From contig MHIM01000004.1 of assembly GCA_001817505.1 (NCBI GenBank), forward strand, positions 6,953 through 70,952: a DNA stretch of 64,000 nucleotides. Direction: 5' to 3'. This document shows positions 9,584-19,525 of the stretch, in pieces (the stretch's first letter is position 1; each line of letters begins with the position of its first letter). This DNA is from Candidatus Buchananbacteria bacterium RIFCSPLOWO2_01_FULL_39_33. GTDB taxonomy: Bacteria > Patescibacteriota > Patescibacteriia > 2-01-FULL-39-33. Position numbers and translations under genes: made by a program. The notes under the pieces were generated by a model, which saw nothing but the letters and a program-made list of their open reading frames with translations, had not been told where the DNA came from and searched no databases.

Positions 9584-10750
9584 TCATAATTTTCCCCGGC
9601 TTATTGCTTGGCGAATTTCCACCATTAAGGTTAAATAAAATTCCAAATTATTCAAAGTTGCCAAGCGCATAGCTAAGGGCTCTTTGGTTTTGAATAAGTG
9701 ATGCAAATAAGCCCGGCTGTATTGTTTTAGGTTAGTGTTATTGATAGGCGTTTTATCACTTCTGAACCTCGCATTAGTGATATTTATAGTAGTATAAAAT
9801 TTTCCTTCCTTTCCCAAAGAAAGACCAGGGAGAAATTGGCCGACTGTCGGCCAACCTCCCCTTAATCCCCTCCTTGGTAAGGAGGGGAAACAATATAACC
9901 GACCATGTCTGGCTTCCCGAGTCGGGATGACACAGTCAAACATATCCACACCGCGTTTGACTGCTTCAATGATATTGGCCGGCGTGCCTACACCCATTAA
10001 ATACCGCGGTTTATCCTTTGGCATGGCTGGAGTTAAATAATCCAAAACTTTATACATTTCTTTGGGACTTTCGCCAACCGCCAAGCCGCCAATAGCATAA
10101 CCGTCCCAGCCAAGCGAAACCAAGTCATTTAAACTCTTTAAGCGCAAATCTTTATATAAACCGCCTTGAATAATTCCAAAAAATAATTGATTTCTTGATT
10201 TATTGTTTTCTGGTTTTCTTGTTTTTTTGATTTCTTGACTAGCTTCCTTGGCCCAAATAGTCGTCAAATCAACCGCTGCTTTAATTTTTGATTTATTTTC
10301 TTTGGAACTCGGACAGACATCTAAAATCATAGCAATATCCGAGCCGATTATTTTTTGTATCTCTAAAACTTTTTTCGGCGTTAAAACATGCTTACTGCCA
10401 TCAATGGGCGAACTAAATTCAACACCATAGGGCATGATCTTTCTAATTTTAGCCAGAGAAAAAACCTGAAAGCCGCCGCTATCGGTTAAAATCGGGCCTG
10501 ACCAGTTCATTAATTTATGCAAACCACCGATCTTTTCTAAAACCTTTAAACCCGGCTGAAGATATAAATGATAAGTGTTAGCCAAGATAATTTCCGCTCC
10601 CAAACCCTTAACTTCATCGGCAGTCAGGTTTTTTACCGCCGCTTTAGTGGCTAGAGGCATAAAAAACGGAGTTGGGATATCTCCGTGCGCCGTTTTTAAA
10701 ATTCCCAAGCGGGCCTGGGATTTTTGGGAAGTTTTTAATAATTTATACAT
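9584..10750 (-). CDS. tgt: queuine tRNA-ribosyltransferase Tgt carrying an in-frame repeat-derived insertion
   Basis: [37 protein letters not shown] and YSRAYLHHL are all present. A 31-aa segment [31 protein letters not shown] is encoded by the palindromic repeat. Confidence 0.85.
   Translation of the reverse strand: [388 protein letters not shown]
9803..9893. repeat. GC-rich modular palindromic repeat (CCCCTCC..GGAGGGG family) inserted in-frame in tgt
   Basis: Contains cccctccttggtaaggagggg and ggccgactgtcggcc palindromes. GC-rich against an AT-rich gene. Shares modules with the copies in uvrA and uvrB. Confidence 0.6.
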
Positions 10751-10871
10751 TTCTAATTAATTTCTAATTTCCAATTTCTTCAGGCCATAGGCAGATCCCA
10801 TACCAGAGGCGGGCACGGCGCCTTTGGCGGAAAATAATTTAAAAATTAATTAATTGTTTTTTTAAATTACT

Positions 10872-12908
10872 CTACTGAACAATGCCCTTGGTCTGACCTA
10901 AAATCGGGTCGTCAAAAGCAGTGGTAATGGCTTTGACTTCTTTACTGATGGCAGCGCCGGTTTCGCTGTCTTTGGCCGTTAGATTGATATTGGAGAGTAA
11001 AATCAAAATCCGGCCCCGATCGTTGTCAGTTGGTTTGATATCAATATTAAAAGTGGCAATAACCGGCTGGGCTGACTTATCTAAATTTGAAATATTCCAA
11101 ATAACTTCACCGGCAACCGCGTTGTAAATTAAGTCACCTTGATCATGAGTTTCTCTGTTTGACCAAAAAACATTGCTTGGCAATTTGGCCTTCACTTGAA
11201 TATTCTCCGCCCGATGCAAATTATTAGATAAAGCCAATTTAATATTATAAGTTGAAAGTTCGCCAACCCGGGGTTCTATCGGCCCCAGGCCCAAGGGAAC
11301 ATTATCTTCGTTATAATACCTGGCTTCAGCTGACATGGTCAAATCGGAATTGACGGAATTAACCAAAATTTTCGTGCTAACAACCGATTCACCCGTTAAT
11401 TTTCCCGTCTGCTGCGCTTTGGCTTCAATAAAACTCTCAACACTGAACTTGCCGACATTAATATCATTGATAGCTGAGGCATCCTGAACTCTGATCTGCC
11501 AATCTATCTGTCCCTCTTCGCCAGCTCCCAATTTCAATAATTTCGGTATGCGCCGGCCGGTCCAAATTATTGAATTATCCTCCCTGACACCCTTATTTTC
11601 ATCTTTGAGAGTGTTCCAGTCCAAAATTTCGGAGTTTAAATTAGCTTTAATCTGGATATTTTCCAAATTTTCTTCGCCGGTATTTTTATAATTAAGGGTA
11701 TAAACCAGCAAATCGCCGAAACTTATCGGCTGGTCCTCGCTCGAACCATTAACAATAAGCTGCATGGATAATTGGTCTTTAATAACTTCAGTCACCAGTG
11801 TTTCTTCACTTTGGGGATAATAATCACCGTCCTTTTTAAGCTGAAGCCGAGCGGTAAAATCGCGATTGCCACCGCTTTCAGCGGCTGAATAATCACCCTT
11901 CACCTTAATTTCGCCCCTGGTTCCGGCTTTCAATTCCGCCAGATTCCAAGTGTTATTCATTTCTTTTTCCGAAGACGGCTCGGCCGAACCCAAGACGAAT
12001 GATTCCGGATAAACAGTCACTATCTGAAGATTAGTGAAATCCTCTTCGCTGGAATTTTCATATTTTATAACATACTCAACTTCCTGATTAGCCAAGGTCT
12101 TATCCGGTCCAGTTATATCCAAACCAAAAACCGAGGCAGAAACCATGACATCAACAATGGTTTCCTGCTTGAAATTGGCATTGAGATTAGCCGGCTTGAA
12201 ATTCAGCCAGCCCCTGAAGGTCTGGGTGGATTTTAAAGCAGCAATTATTTTTCCTTTTAATTCTATTTTTTGGCTTTCGCCTGATTTTAAAACGCTGAAA
12301 CTCCAGCTGTTATTTTTATCGCCGCCAGCTTTGGGGACAGCATCAAGATAAATGAAGTTCTCGGGATATAAAAGCTCCAACTCCAAATTATAAAGATCCA
12401 CTTTCTCCTTATTGGTGATAGTCACTGTATAAATGCCTTCTTGGCCGGAAATAATGGTAATCGGCGTATCTATTTTAAGAGTAATGCGCTCATTAGTGAA
12501 ATTATCGGTATTCCAGTTGCTGAAAAACCAGAAACCGGCAATTGCCACTACGAATAAAACTGAAAAAACACCGATCAAGGAATACAACAACGTCTGCCAG
12601 GGTGATTTATCGTTTTTTTCCAAGCGAGTTAAATCGGGTATCTCGCCATCGCCGTCGGTATAAACTTCCGTTAGCTTCCTTTGGATCTCACTGTTCTCCG
12701 GCTGTCTTTCCCCAGCCGGCTTAAATTCTAAAGATTTACCGGCCCGATTTTTCTTGGCCATTAGCTTGGCCAGATCATCTTGCATGGTGGTAACCAACCC
12801 TTTCTTGTTTTTATCCTTGACAGCGGTGGCAATTTTGTCCTTCTTGGATTTAATCAATGGATTCAGGGGCTGGTCGCCACTAGTTGATAGATAATTTTTG
12901 ACCGACAT
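10872..12908 (-). CDS. large membrane-anchored protein with repeated beta-sandwich (DUF11/CARDB-like) domains
   Basis: 678 aa. Lys-rich N-terminal region, one TM helix near residue 110, then repetitive T/N/K-rich beta-strand-like segments. Confidence 0.5.
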   Translation of the reverse strand: MSVKNYLSTSGDQPLNPLIKSKKDKIATAVKDKNKKGLVTTMQDDLAKLMAKKNRAGKSLEFKPAGERQPENSEIQRKLTEVYTDGDGEIPDLTRLEKNDKSPWQTLLYSLIGVFSVLFVVAIAGFWFFSNWNTDNFTNERITLKIDTPITIISGQEGIYTVTITNKEKVDLYNLELELLYPENFIYLDAVPKAGGDKNNSWSFSVLKSGESQKIELKGKIIAALKSTQTFRGWLNFKPANLNANFKQETIVDVMVSASVFGLDITGPDKTLANQEVEYVIKYENSSEEDFTNLQIVTVYPESFVLGSAEPSSEKEMNNTWNLAELKAGTRGEIKVKGDYSAAESGGNRDFTARLQLKKDGDYYPQSEETLVTEVIKDQLSMQLIVNGSSEDQPISFGDLLVYTLNYKNTGEENLENIQIKANLNSEILDWNTLKDENKGVREDNSIIWTGRRIPKLLKLGAGEEGQIDWQIRVQDASAINDINVGKFSVESFIEAKAQQTGKLTGESVVSTKILVNSVNSDLTMSAEARYYNEDNVPLGLGPIEPRVGELSTYNIKLALSNNLHRAENIQVKAKLPSNVFWSNRETHDQGDLIYNAVAGEVIWNISNLDKSAQPVIATFNIDIKPTDNDRGRILILLSNINLTAKDSETGAAISKEVKAITTAFDDPILGQTKGIVQ

Positions 12909-12928
12909 AGGATTGATAAATAAGTAAT

Positions 12929-15745
12929 TTAATATTGAAAGCCAATAAAATAAAATAAGTCATGTGTCAGCTTATCGCGGTAAATGCTCTCTTGGGCGTT
13001 ATTTTCAACTGCGCCGGGATAACTGGGATAAGTAATTTGGGAACTTAGTCCGCTGGGGTATTCAACTTGGCTGACAAAATAATCATCATCACTGCCGGGT
13101 TGTTTTTGGACTAATAAACTATAAGAATTATAAGTAAGGCGATTAAAAAAAGCCGCCTTGATTTTATCTAATAATCCGTCACTTTTATTTTCTTCGCGAT
13201 TTAAGTTAAGTCCGAAAGGCAGTTTATAAACTAATAAAACCTCCCGGTCATCACCCGGCGCCACAGTCAGCCAATTGGCAAAAACCGTCTTGCCATCTTC
13301 GTTGTATATTTTAGTTGATGTTTCCTTATCAATTAAGGCCGCCTTTTCATTGAGCAGGGCTGGATTCTCTTTTAAATAATCATCAACCGGCTTAAACTCG
13401 TTATCGGCCGGGTGTTTGAAGCCTTGGGCCTTTAAAAGTTCACTGCCCAGCGGCACATAAACCCTGATATAGCTGCGATTGGGCAGATTGGTAAAATTAC
13501 CGTCAAGCGGGCCAAAGTGACTTCGGTTGATAACCACATTGTCAATGATCGACCCATCCTCGGCAATGCTGGCTTGATGATAAATTTCTTGCCGGATGGC
13601 ACTATCGGTCTTACCGCCGCCGATGTTAGTGACAACCACATTTAAATAATCCTGGCCGGTATCTTTTAGCCGGCCATCCCAATTGTTCTCTGCCACAAAT
13701 TTTTGCTCGTTTTCATCGGCTAAATAAACCAAAATGTCTTTTTCGGCCAGGCCTTGATTCAAAGCTGAAGCCAAAGATAACATTTGATCGGGAGCAATAG
13801 CCAATATTTTTTCAATCAGCTTGGGCGCTAAATCGCTTAATATTTTTTTGGGCTGGGTTTTATCTTGGGCTTCAACTTCAATGCTTTGCTGTAATTCCAT
13901 TTCAAAATTAGTCGCTTTGATGGTTTTTTGGTAATCGGGCATTTCAATCGGGCCAATAACAGCTAATAAGCTACCCAACCAATCGGAATTTATAGCAATC
14001 ACTCCATCAATGGTAGCGCCGGCGCTGTCATTGTAAAAATACGAGATATTTTTAGCTGAAGTCGGCCAGTCGGGCCACCAATTAGCATCTTGAAATTCCC
14101 ATCTTTGATTGACTAATCTCAGCGGTTCGGGTGATTGCCATAACTTGGTCAAACCGGCTTTAAAATCATAAGTTCCGCCGGACGGTATTTCAATATTTTC
14201 AATATTCCCATTTTTAAAATCTACCAAAGCGACGCTGCCCATAAAGCCGCCGGTGGCTCGAAGTTCATTGTCATTTTGAAAAACTATCAAATACCGTTTT
14301 AAACCCTGTTCGCCCAAAAAATTCGTGATGAAACCCATCAGGTTATCGGATTTTTTCAAACTGGCTATAAACATCGGCAAATTATCTTTTAATTCAACGA
14401 ATTTATCCTGATTTTCCGCCGGCAAATGGCTTATTTTTATTTTACTAACATTTTCTTCAGCTGACTCCATTTGCCTTAAGGCCTCTTTGGTGTCCACTTG
14501 GAAATTTTTTACCCGAGATGACAAGGACAAGTCCGATTCACCGGTAAACTGGTTCAAGCCGGCTACGATAAACTCGCCGGCTTTGGTCAATTTTTCGCCC
14601 AAATCAATTAAATTCTTGCCACTGCGATAAGTATTATTCAAAGGCAAGATCTCGGCCAAAATAGTCAAAAATGATTTGATTTCAGCCAGTTGTTTCTGAG
14701 CTGAAATAAAATCATTATTAGCAGCTGATAAATAACTTTGCGCTTCGCTAAATTTAAAATCAGCCAGCGCCGATTGAGCCGAGGTTAAACTGTTTAAGGC
14801 CTCCTCGGCCTGACCCAGCACCTGGCCTTTGGTTTCTTTAGCGCTTTCTAAATAAAAATATAACCTGATGGGAATAACAATCAAAAGAGCTACTACTGAA
14901 AATGCCAACAACGGTTTTAAAGACAATTGGCTTAGTTCAAAACTTTTTATTAAGCCGCTAAAATTAATCGGGGGTAAATTAATTCTGAATCTCTTATTGA
15001 CTAAAGAATTTGTTTGGCTGGTCGGCAATGGATTTTTTTCAATTGCTATCACTTTTTTCGTCTCCAGGACAACTACCTCGTCCCGACCAATATATTGACC
15101 CACCAAATTGGCATAGAGGTGGCTGACTAAACGCCAGCCCAGGTTAAAAAGCCAGCTGATTTTGGAACTGATAAAAAATAAAAAATTAATAATTGATATC
15201 TCCTGCCAAATATCAAAACCTTGGTTGGCTTTGGCCTTTTTTTTCGCCAGCGGCAATTTGGGAGAAAAATCAATGCGCTGAAAAGGTTTTTTAACCAGCC
15301 ATGTAAATTTAGACCAGCCATACTTGAGCCAATTTAAGATTTCGCTGTTATTCAGCGCCAGAAGTTGGAAAATCTGCAATTTTTCCAAGATTTCTCCGGC
15401 CGGTAAATCCTGATAACTGACTTGAAAACTGCCATCTAAGGTCGGCTTGACTCTTTCTATGTACCGCTTCTTCGATAAATCCAAAAGATAGGGCGACGAA
15501 TATTGGTCAAGCGGGTGCTCGGCAATATTAACACCAACCGAACTGTTATAAGAAGTCCCTACGGGGATATGATGCAAGCCGCCAAATCGGTTTTCTTCAA
15601 ACATAACAATATCAAGCGACTTCTTATCGCCATCAAAAATTTTCTTCACCCTGTTTGATAAAACCGCTTTTTTCTTAGCCAGCCGTTTCTTGACCCTAAT
15701 CTTCGGGATTTTTTTATTCACCTTCATGTTTTTTTGAAGCATCAC
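12929..15745 (-). CDS. large membrane-anchored protein, DUF4012-like
   Basis: 938 aa. Basic N-terminus, TM helix, coiled-coil stretch, and the motif LIVFQNDNELRATGGFMGSVALVDF reminiscent of DUF4012. Confidence 0.45.
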   Translation of the reverse strand: MMLQKNMKVNKKIPKIRVKKRLAKKKAVLSNRVKKIFDGDKKSLDIVMFEENRFGGLHHIPVGTSYNSSVGVNIAEHPLDQYSSPYLLDLSKKRYIERVKPTLDGSFQVSYQDLPAGEILEKLQIFQLLALNNSEILNWLKYGWSKFTWLVKKPFQRIDFSPKLPLAKKKAKANQGFDIWQEISIINFLFFISSKISWLFNLGWRLVSHLYANLVGQYIGRDEVVVLETKKVIAIEKNPLPTSQTNSLVNKRFRINLPPINFSGLIKSFELSQLSLKPLLAFSVVALLIVIPIRLYFYLESAKETKGQVLGQAEEALNSLTSAQSALADFKFSEAQSYLSAANNDFISAQKQLAEIKSFLTILAEILPLNNTYRSGKNLIDLGEKLTKAGEFIVAGLNQFTGESDLSLSSRVKNFQVDTKEALRQMESAEENVSKIKISHLPAENQDKFVELKDNLPMFIASLKKSDNLMGFITNFLGEQGLKRYLIVFQNDNELRATGGFMGSVALVDFKNGNIENIEIPSGGTYDFKAGLTKLWQSPEPLRLVNQRWEFQDANWWPDWPTSAKNISYFYNDSAGATIDGVIAINSDWLGSLLAVIGPIEMPDYQKTIKATNFEMELQQSIEVEAQDKTQPKKILSDLAPKLIEKILAIAPDQMLSLASALNQGLAEKDILVYLADENEQKFVAENNWDGRLKDTGQDYLNVVVTNIGGGKTDSAIRQEIYHQASIAEDGSIIDNVVINRSHFGPLDGNFTNLPNRSYIRVYVPLGSELLKAQGFKHPADNEFKPVDDYLKENPALLNEKAALIDKETSTKIYNEDGKTVFANWLTVAPGDDREVLLVYKLPFGLNLNREENKSDGLLDKIKAAFFNRLTYNSYSLLVQKQPGSDDDYFVSQVEYPSGLSSQITYPSYPGAVENNAQESIYRDKLTHDLFYFIGFQY

Positions 15746-15901
15746 AAAAAATCTTGGTTGTTTTGAGAAATTTTCTCTTTAAATATTGCTGTTATTATAA
15801 CATAAAAGCCTAAATTCACAAAAGCACAAAAGCACAAAGTAGCACCAAGCTACTTGTTTTAAAGCTTATTTATCAACAGATCATAGATATGTTTTTGTTT
15901 T

Positions 15902-17017
15902 TTAGTTCTGTTGGTATTCTTTAAGAGTTTTTTGAGCGCAATCATCCCAAGAATATCTTTTGACATTCTCCAGGCCTTTGACTTTTAAACTAGCCAATAA
16001 TTCGGGATTATTTAAAGTATTGGTAATAACCTTAACTATCGTTTGAATATTATCAGGATCAAAATAAACAGCGCTCTCGCCCAATATTTCCGGCAGACAA
16101 GTTGAATTGGAGCTGACAACCGGCAAGCTATAACTCTGGGCTTCCAAGGGCGGCAGGCCGAAACCCTCAATTAAGCTGGGGAAAACATAGAGCTTGGCTG
16201 ACTTATAAAGGCCAGTCAATTCGTCATCGCTAAGGTAATCAGTTAGAATAACATTATTTTCTAACTTCTCTTTTTTTATTTCTTTGGCTAACCGGTTATA
16301 AAAATAATTTTTCTTACCCACCAAAACTAACTGCAAATTCGGATTATCAATAATCTTAAAAGCTGAAATTAATTTTTCCAGATTTTTATGCGGATAAGCT
16401 GAACCGACATAAAGCAAAAAATCTTTACTGATTCCCAGTTTAGTTTTTAATTCATTACAATTCATTTGACTAGTTTTGGGCAAATCAACGCCTTCATAGG
16501 TTACTATGATTTTTGCTGGTTCAATTTTTAACAGTTTAATAATATCTTTTTTAGTGTATTTAGAAACCGCAATTATTTTTTTGGCTTTTTGAGCGGCGTT
16601 TTTAATTATGACTTTATAAAAAAATAATTTGATTTTATAAACCAGAGGGTTAAGAGTAGTAGTCCGGCTATTGGGATAATGCGAAATAATCAAATCATGG
16701 ATAGTCACAATAAATTTACCTCGATAAAAAATCGGCGCGTTAAAATGGGGAAAGTGAACCAAATCTAGCTGATATTTCTTTAATAGAGGTGGAAACAACA
16801 GTTGTTCCTTTAAGCCATAAACTTTAAAGTCAGCCAAAACTTTCTGGAAATTTTTATTGCTCGGCTGATAGTCATTAAAATTGTCTTTTGATAAAAAAAT
16901 AAATAATTTAGTATTCTGATCAGTTTGCAATTCCAGCTGTTTAATTAAATTTTCCGTGTACCGTCCGATACCGCCATGTTGTGATCCATATAACCTGGCA
17001 TCTAGTCCGATTTTCAT
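15902..17017 (-). CDS. glycosyltransferase family 1 (GT4-type)
   Basis: EGFGLPPLEAQSYSLPVVSS. Overlaps the next gene's stop/start. Confidence 0.8.
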   Translation of the reverse strand: MKIGLDARLYGSQHGGIGRYTENLIKQLELQTDQNTKLFIFLSKDNFNDYQPSNKNFQKVLADFKVYGLKEQLLFPPLLKKYQLDLVHFPHFNAPIFYRGKFIVTIHDLIISHYPNSRTTTLNPLVYKIKLFFYKVIIKNAAQKAKKIIAVSKYTKKDIIKLLKIEPAKIIVTYEGVDLPKTSQMNCNELKTKLGISKDFLLYVGSAYPHKNLEKLISAFKIIDNPNLQLVLVGKKNYFYNRLAKEIKKEKLENNVILTDYLSDDELTGLYKSAKLYVFPSLIEGFGLPPLEAQSYSLPVVSSNSTCLPEILGESAVYFDPDNIQTIVKVITNTLNNPELLASLKVKGLENVKRYSWDDCAQKTLKEYQQN

Positions 17018-18132
17018 ATTATTTTTAAACTATTAAATATAGCCAAGGTTTCCTTGGCTGTCTGATGCCAACTATATTCTTTGGCTTTAGCCAAACCACT
17101 TTTAATCAGATTAGCCCTTAGGATTTTGTCTTCTAAAATAAACTCAATGGCTTTTTTAATTTCACTTATATTATAAGGATCAACCAATAAACCGGCGTTA
17201 GCGACCACTTCTGCCTGCGAAGAATTTGAGCCAGCAATGACCGGCGTGCCACAGGCCATAGCTTCAATCAGCGGCAAGCCGAAACCTTCATAATAAGAAG
17301 GGTAGACGAAAACGTCAGCTAAATTATACAATCCCTTTTTATCCTCTTCTTTAACATAACCAACTATCTTAATTTTATCATTTTCAGCCGCTAATTGCTT
17401 AATAGCTTTTGATTTCCAACCGTCGCCGCCGCCAATCACCAAATAATGATCAGTTTTCAATTGGTTAAAGGCCTCAATAATACTTTCAATGTTTTTCCTA
17501 GGTTCTAATGTCCCTAAAAATAATAAAAATCTATTCGGCAATTTATATCTCCTTTTAACTCGCTCCAATTCAATTTTATTATCAACTGGCTGGAATTTTG
17601 GGTCAACTCCTCCATAAATCACTTTTATTTTATCATCTTTGATTTTCAACAAGTGAACCAAGTCGTTTTTAGTATTGACAGAATCGGCAATAATAACATC
17701 GGACTCCTGTATTATTTTTTTAGCCATGATTATTTTATGCCAAATTATTGATTTTAAAGTAAAAAATTCCGGATACCGCCAATAGGACAAATCATGGACA
17801 ATAATCACTCGCCGGCAATAATTGGAAAAAGCCGCAGAATTAATATTGGGCATAAAAAAAACATCAACGCCGCCTATCATCTTATCTATTTTTGGCTTAT
17901 TGCCGATATGGAAAAACAAATTTAAAATTTTATTGGGATATTTAAAGCCGGCGTAGCTAACATTAGCGCTTTTAAAATCCGGCAAATTAACCGGCTTGGC
18001 ATTATTATAAAAAAGAACATATTCATTATTTTCATCTATGGCAAAAAGCGCCGTAAGCAAATTAAAAGTGTACCAAGCCACGCCGGAATAATTAGCCGCC
18101 ATTAGACACCTTACATCAATGCCGATTTTCAT
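17014..18132 (-). CDS. glycosyltransferase family 1 (GT4-type)
   Basis: EGFGLPLIEAMACGTPVIAGSNSS. Confidence 0.8.
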   Translation of the reverse strand: MKIGIDVRCLMAANYSGVAWYTFNLLTALFAIDENNEYVLFYNNAKPVNLPDFKSANVSYAGFKYPNKILNLFFHIGNKPKIDKMIGGVDVFFMPNINSAAFSNYCRRVIIVHDLSYWRYPEFFTLKSIIWHKIIMAKKIIQESDVIIADSVNTKNDLVHLLKIKDDKIKVIYGGVDPKFQPVDNKIELERVKRRYKLPNRFLLFLGTLEPRKNIESIIEAFNQLKTDHYLVIGGGDGWKSKAIKQLAAENDKIKIVGYVKEEDKKGLYNLADVFVYPSYYEGFGLPLIEAMACGTPVIAGSNSSQAEVVANAGLLVDPYNISEIKKAIEFILEDKILRANLIKSGLAKAKEYSWHQTAKETLAIFNSLKII

Positions 18133-19282
18133 AACTTAATATTTCATTTATTCTCTTTTTAAAATTATCAAGGCTGAAATTTTTAGCATGGTTCCTAATC
18201 AGCTCGGGATTATATTTAGTTTCGTCAAACCTGATGATTTTATCAGCTAATTCTTCCCACCACTGCTCTTCAAAAAATTCGCCGGTCTGGCCCGCCATCA
18301 CTGTTTCCGTAGCGCCGCCGGCTTGGTAAGCAATGACTGGCCGGCCAGAGGCCATAGCTTCAATAGCCGTGATGCCGAAATCCTCCTCTTGGGGATTCAA
18401 GTAAGCCAGACAATTGGCGAAAAGATCTCTTTTGGCTTTATCCGACACTTTGCCTAAGAACTCTATATTGTTTTTGACTCGCCCGCGTAGACAAGCCAAG
18501 TTTTTTAAATATTTCATTTCCGGACCGACACCGAAAATTTTTAAGGGTATGCCCAGACGGACAAAGGCCTTGACGGCTAAATCAATTCTCTTATAAGGCA
18601 CTAAGCGGCCGCCGGCCAAATAATATTTCTTAGGGTGATTGGAAATATAAAAATTATCAACATCCACCGGCGGATAAACCACCTGGCTGTCGCGCTGGTA
18701 ATATTTTTTAATCCTGTCTTTGACTGTCTGGGAACTGGCAATAAAAAAATCAACCTTATCGGCTGCTGACTTATCCCAAGCCCTTAATTTGTTCAAAGTA
18801 AAAGGCAAAATGATTTTGATTAGCGGGTTGACTTTTAAGCCCTCAACATAAGAATAGGCATCGCTCCATAAAAATCTGGTCGGCGTGTAGCAATAGCAAA
18901 TATGGCGGCTAAAGGGACTGGTAATCACTCCTTTAGAAAAAGCCGAGGCGCTGGAAATAACCAAGTCATAACCGGTTAAATTATGCCTTTCGGTTAAAAA
19001 TGGCATTAAAGCCAGCCACCACTGGTATTTTTTGACTCCTAAAGGAATTTTTTGTAAATAGGAAGTTCTAATTTCTTGATCAAGAAAAAATTTATTGGTG
19101 TTTTTTTTATCAATGATCAAAGTGAAAATCGGCGCCGCCGGAAATATTTCCTTGAGCGTCATCAATACTCTTTCAGCGCCGCCGTCTTGGGCTAAATGGT
19201 CATGGACTAAAGCCACTTTGGCGTTGGAAACTTGCTCACCTTGAGCAAATATGTTTGTTGTATAATTCTCATCTATTGCCAT
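18116..19282 (-). CDS. glycosyltransferase family 1
   Basis: FGITAIEAMASGRPVIAYQAGGATETV. Confidence 0.75.
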   Translation of the reverse strand: MAIDENYTTNIFAQGEQVSNAKVALVHDHLAQDGGAERVLMTLKEIFPAAPIFTLIIDKKNTNKFFLDQEIRTSYLQKIPLGVKKYQWWLALMPFLTERHNLTGYDLVISSASAFSKGVITSPFSRHICYCYTPTRFLWSDAYSYVEGLKVNPLIKIILPFTLNKLRAWDKSAADKVDFFIASSQTVKDRIKKYYQRDSQVVYPPVDVDNFYISNHPKKYYLAGGRLVPYKRIDLAVKAFVRLGIPLKIFGVGPEMKYLKNLACLRGRVKNNIEFLGKVSDKAKRDLFANCLAYLNPQEEDFGITAIEAMASGRPVIAYQAGGATETVMAGQTGEFFEEQWWEELADKIIRFDETKYNPELIRNHAKNFSLDNFKKRINEILSYENRH

Positions 19283-19525
19283 ATCAAAATTCTATATTAT
19301 TAGAGTATTTTTGGCAAATAAAAAACCGCTTTAGGTAATTGTCAAAGCGGTTTGATAAATACTAAATAATGATCTAAACTATTTTAAACTTTTTTATCGC
19401 CAGAAATTTGAATGCAGACCTTCTCATAACCCATCATTTTTCTCTCCTTCCTGATTTCGCTGATAGTTATCAGCCAGGTTGTTTAGCCCCAGTTTTAATT
19501 AGAGCTGGCTGATTGGTTAAAGAAC

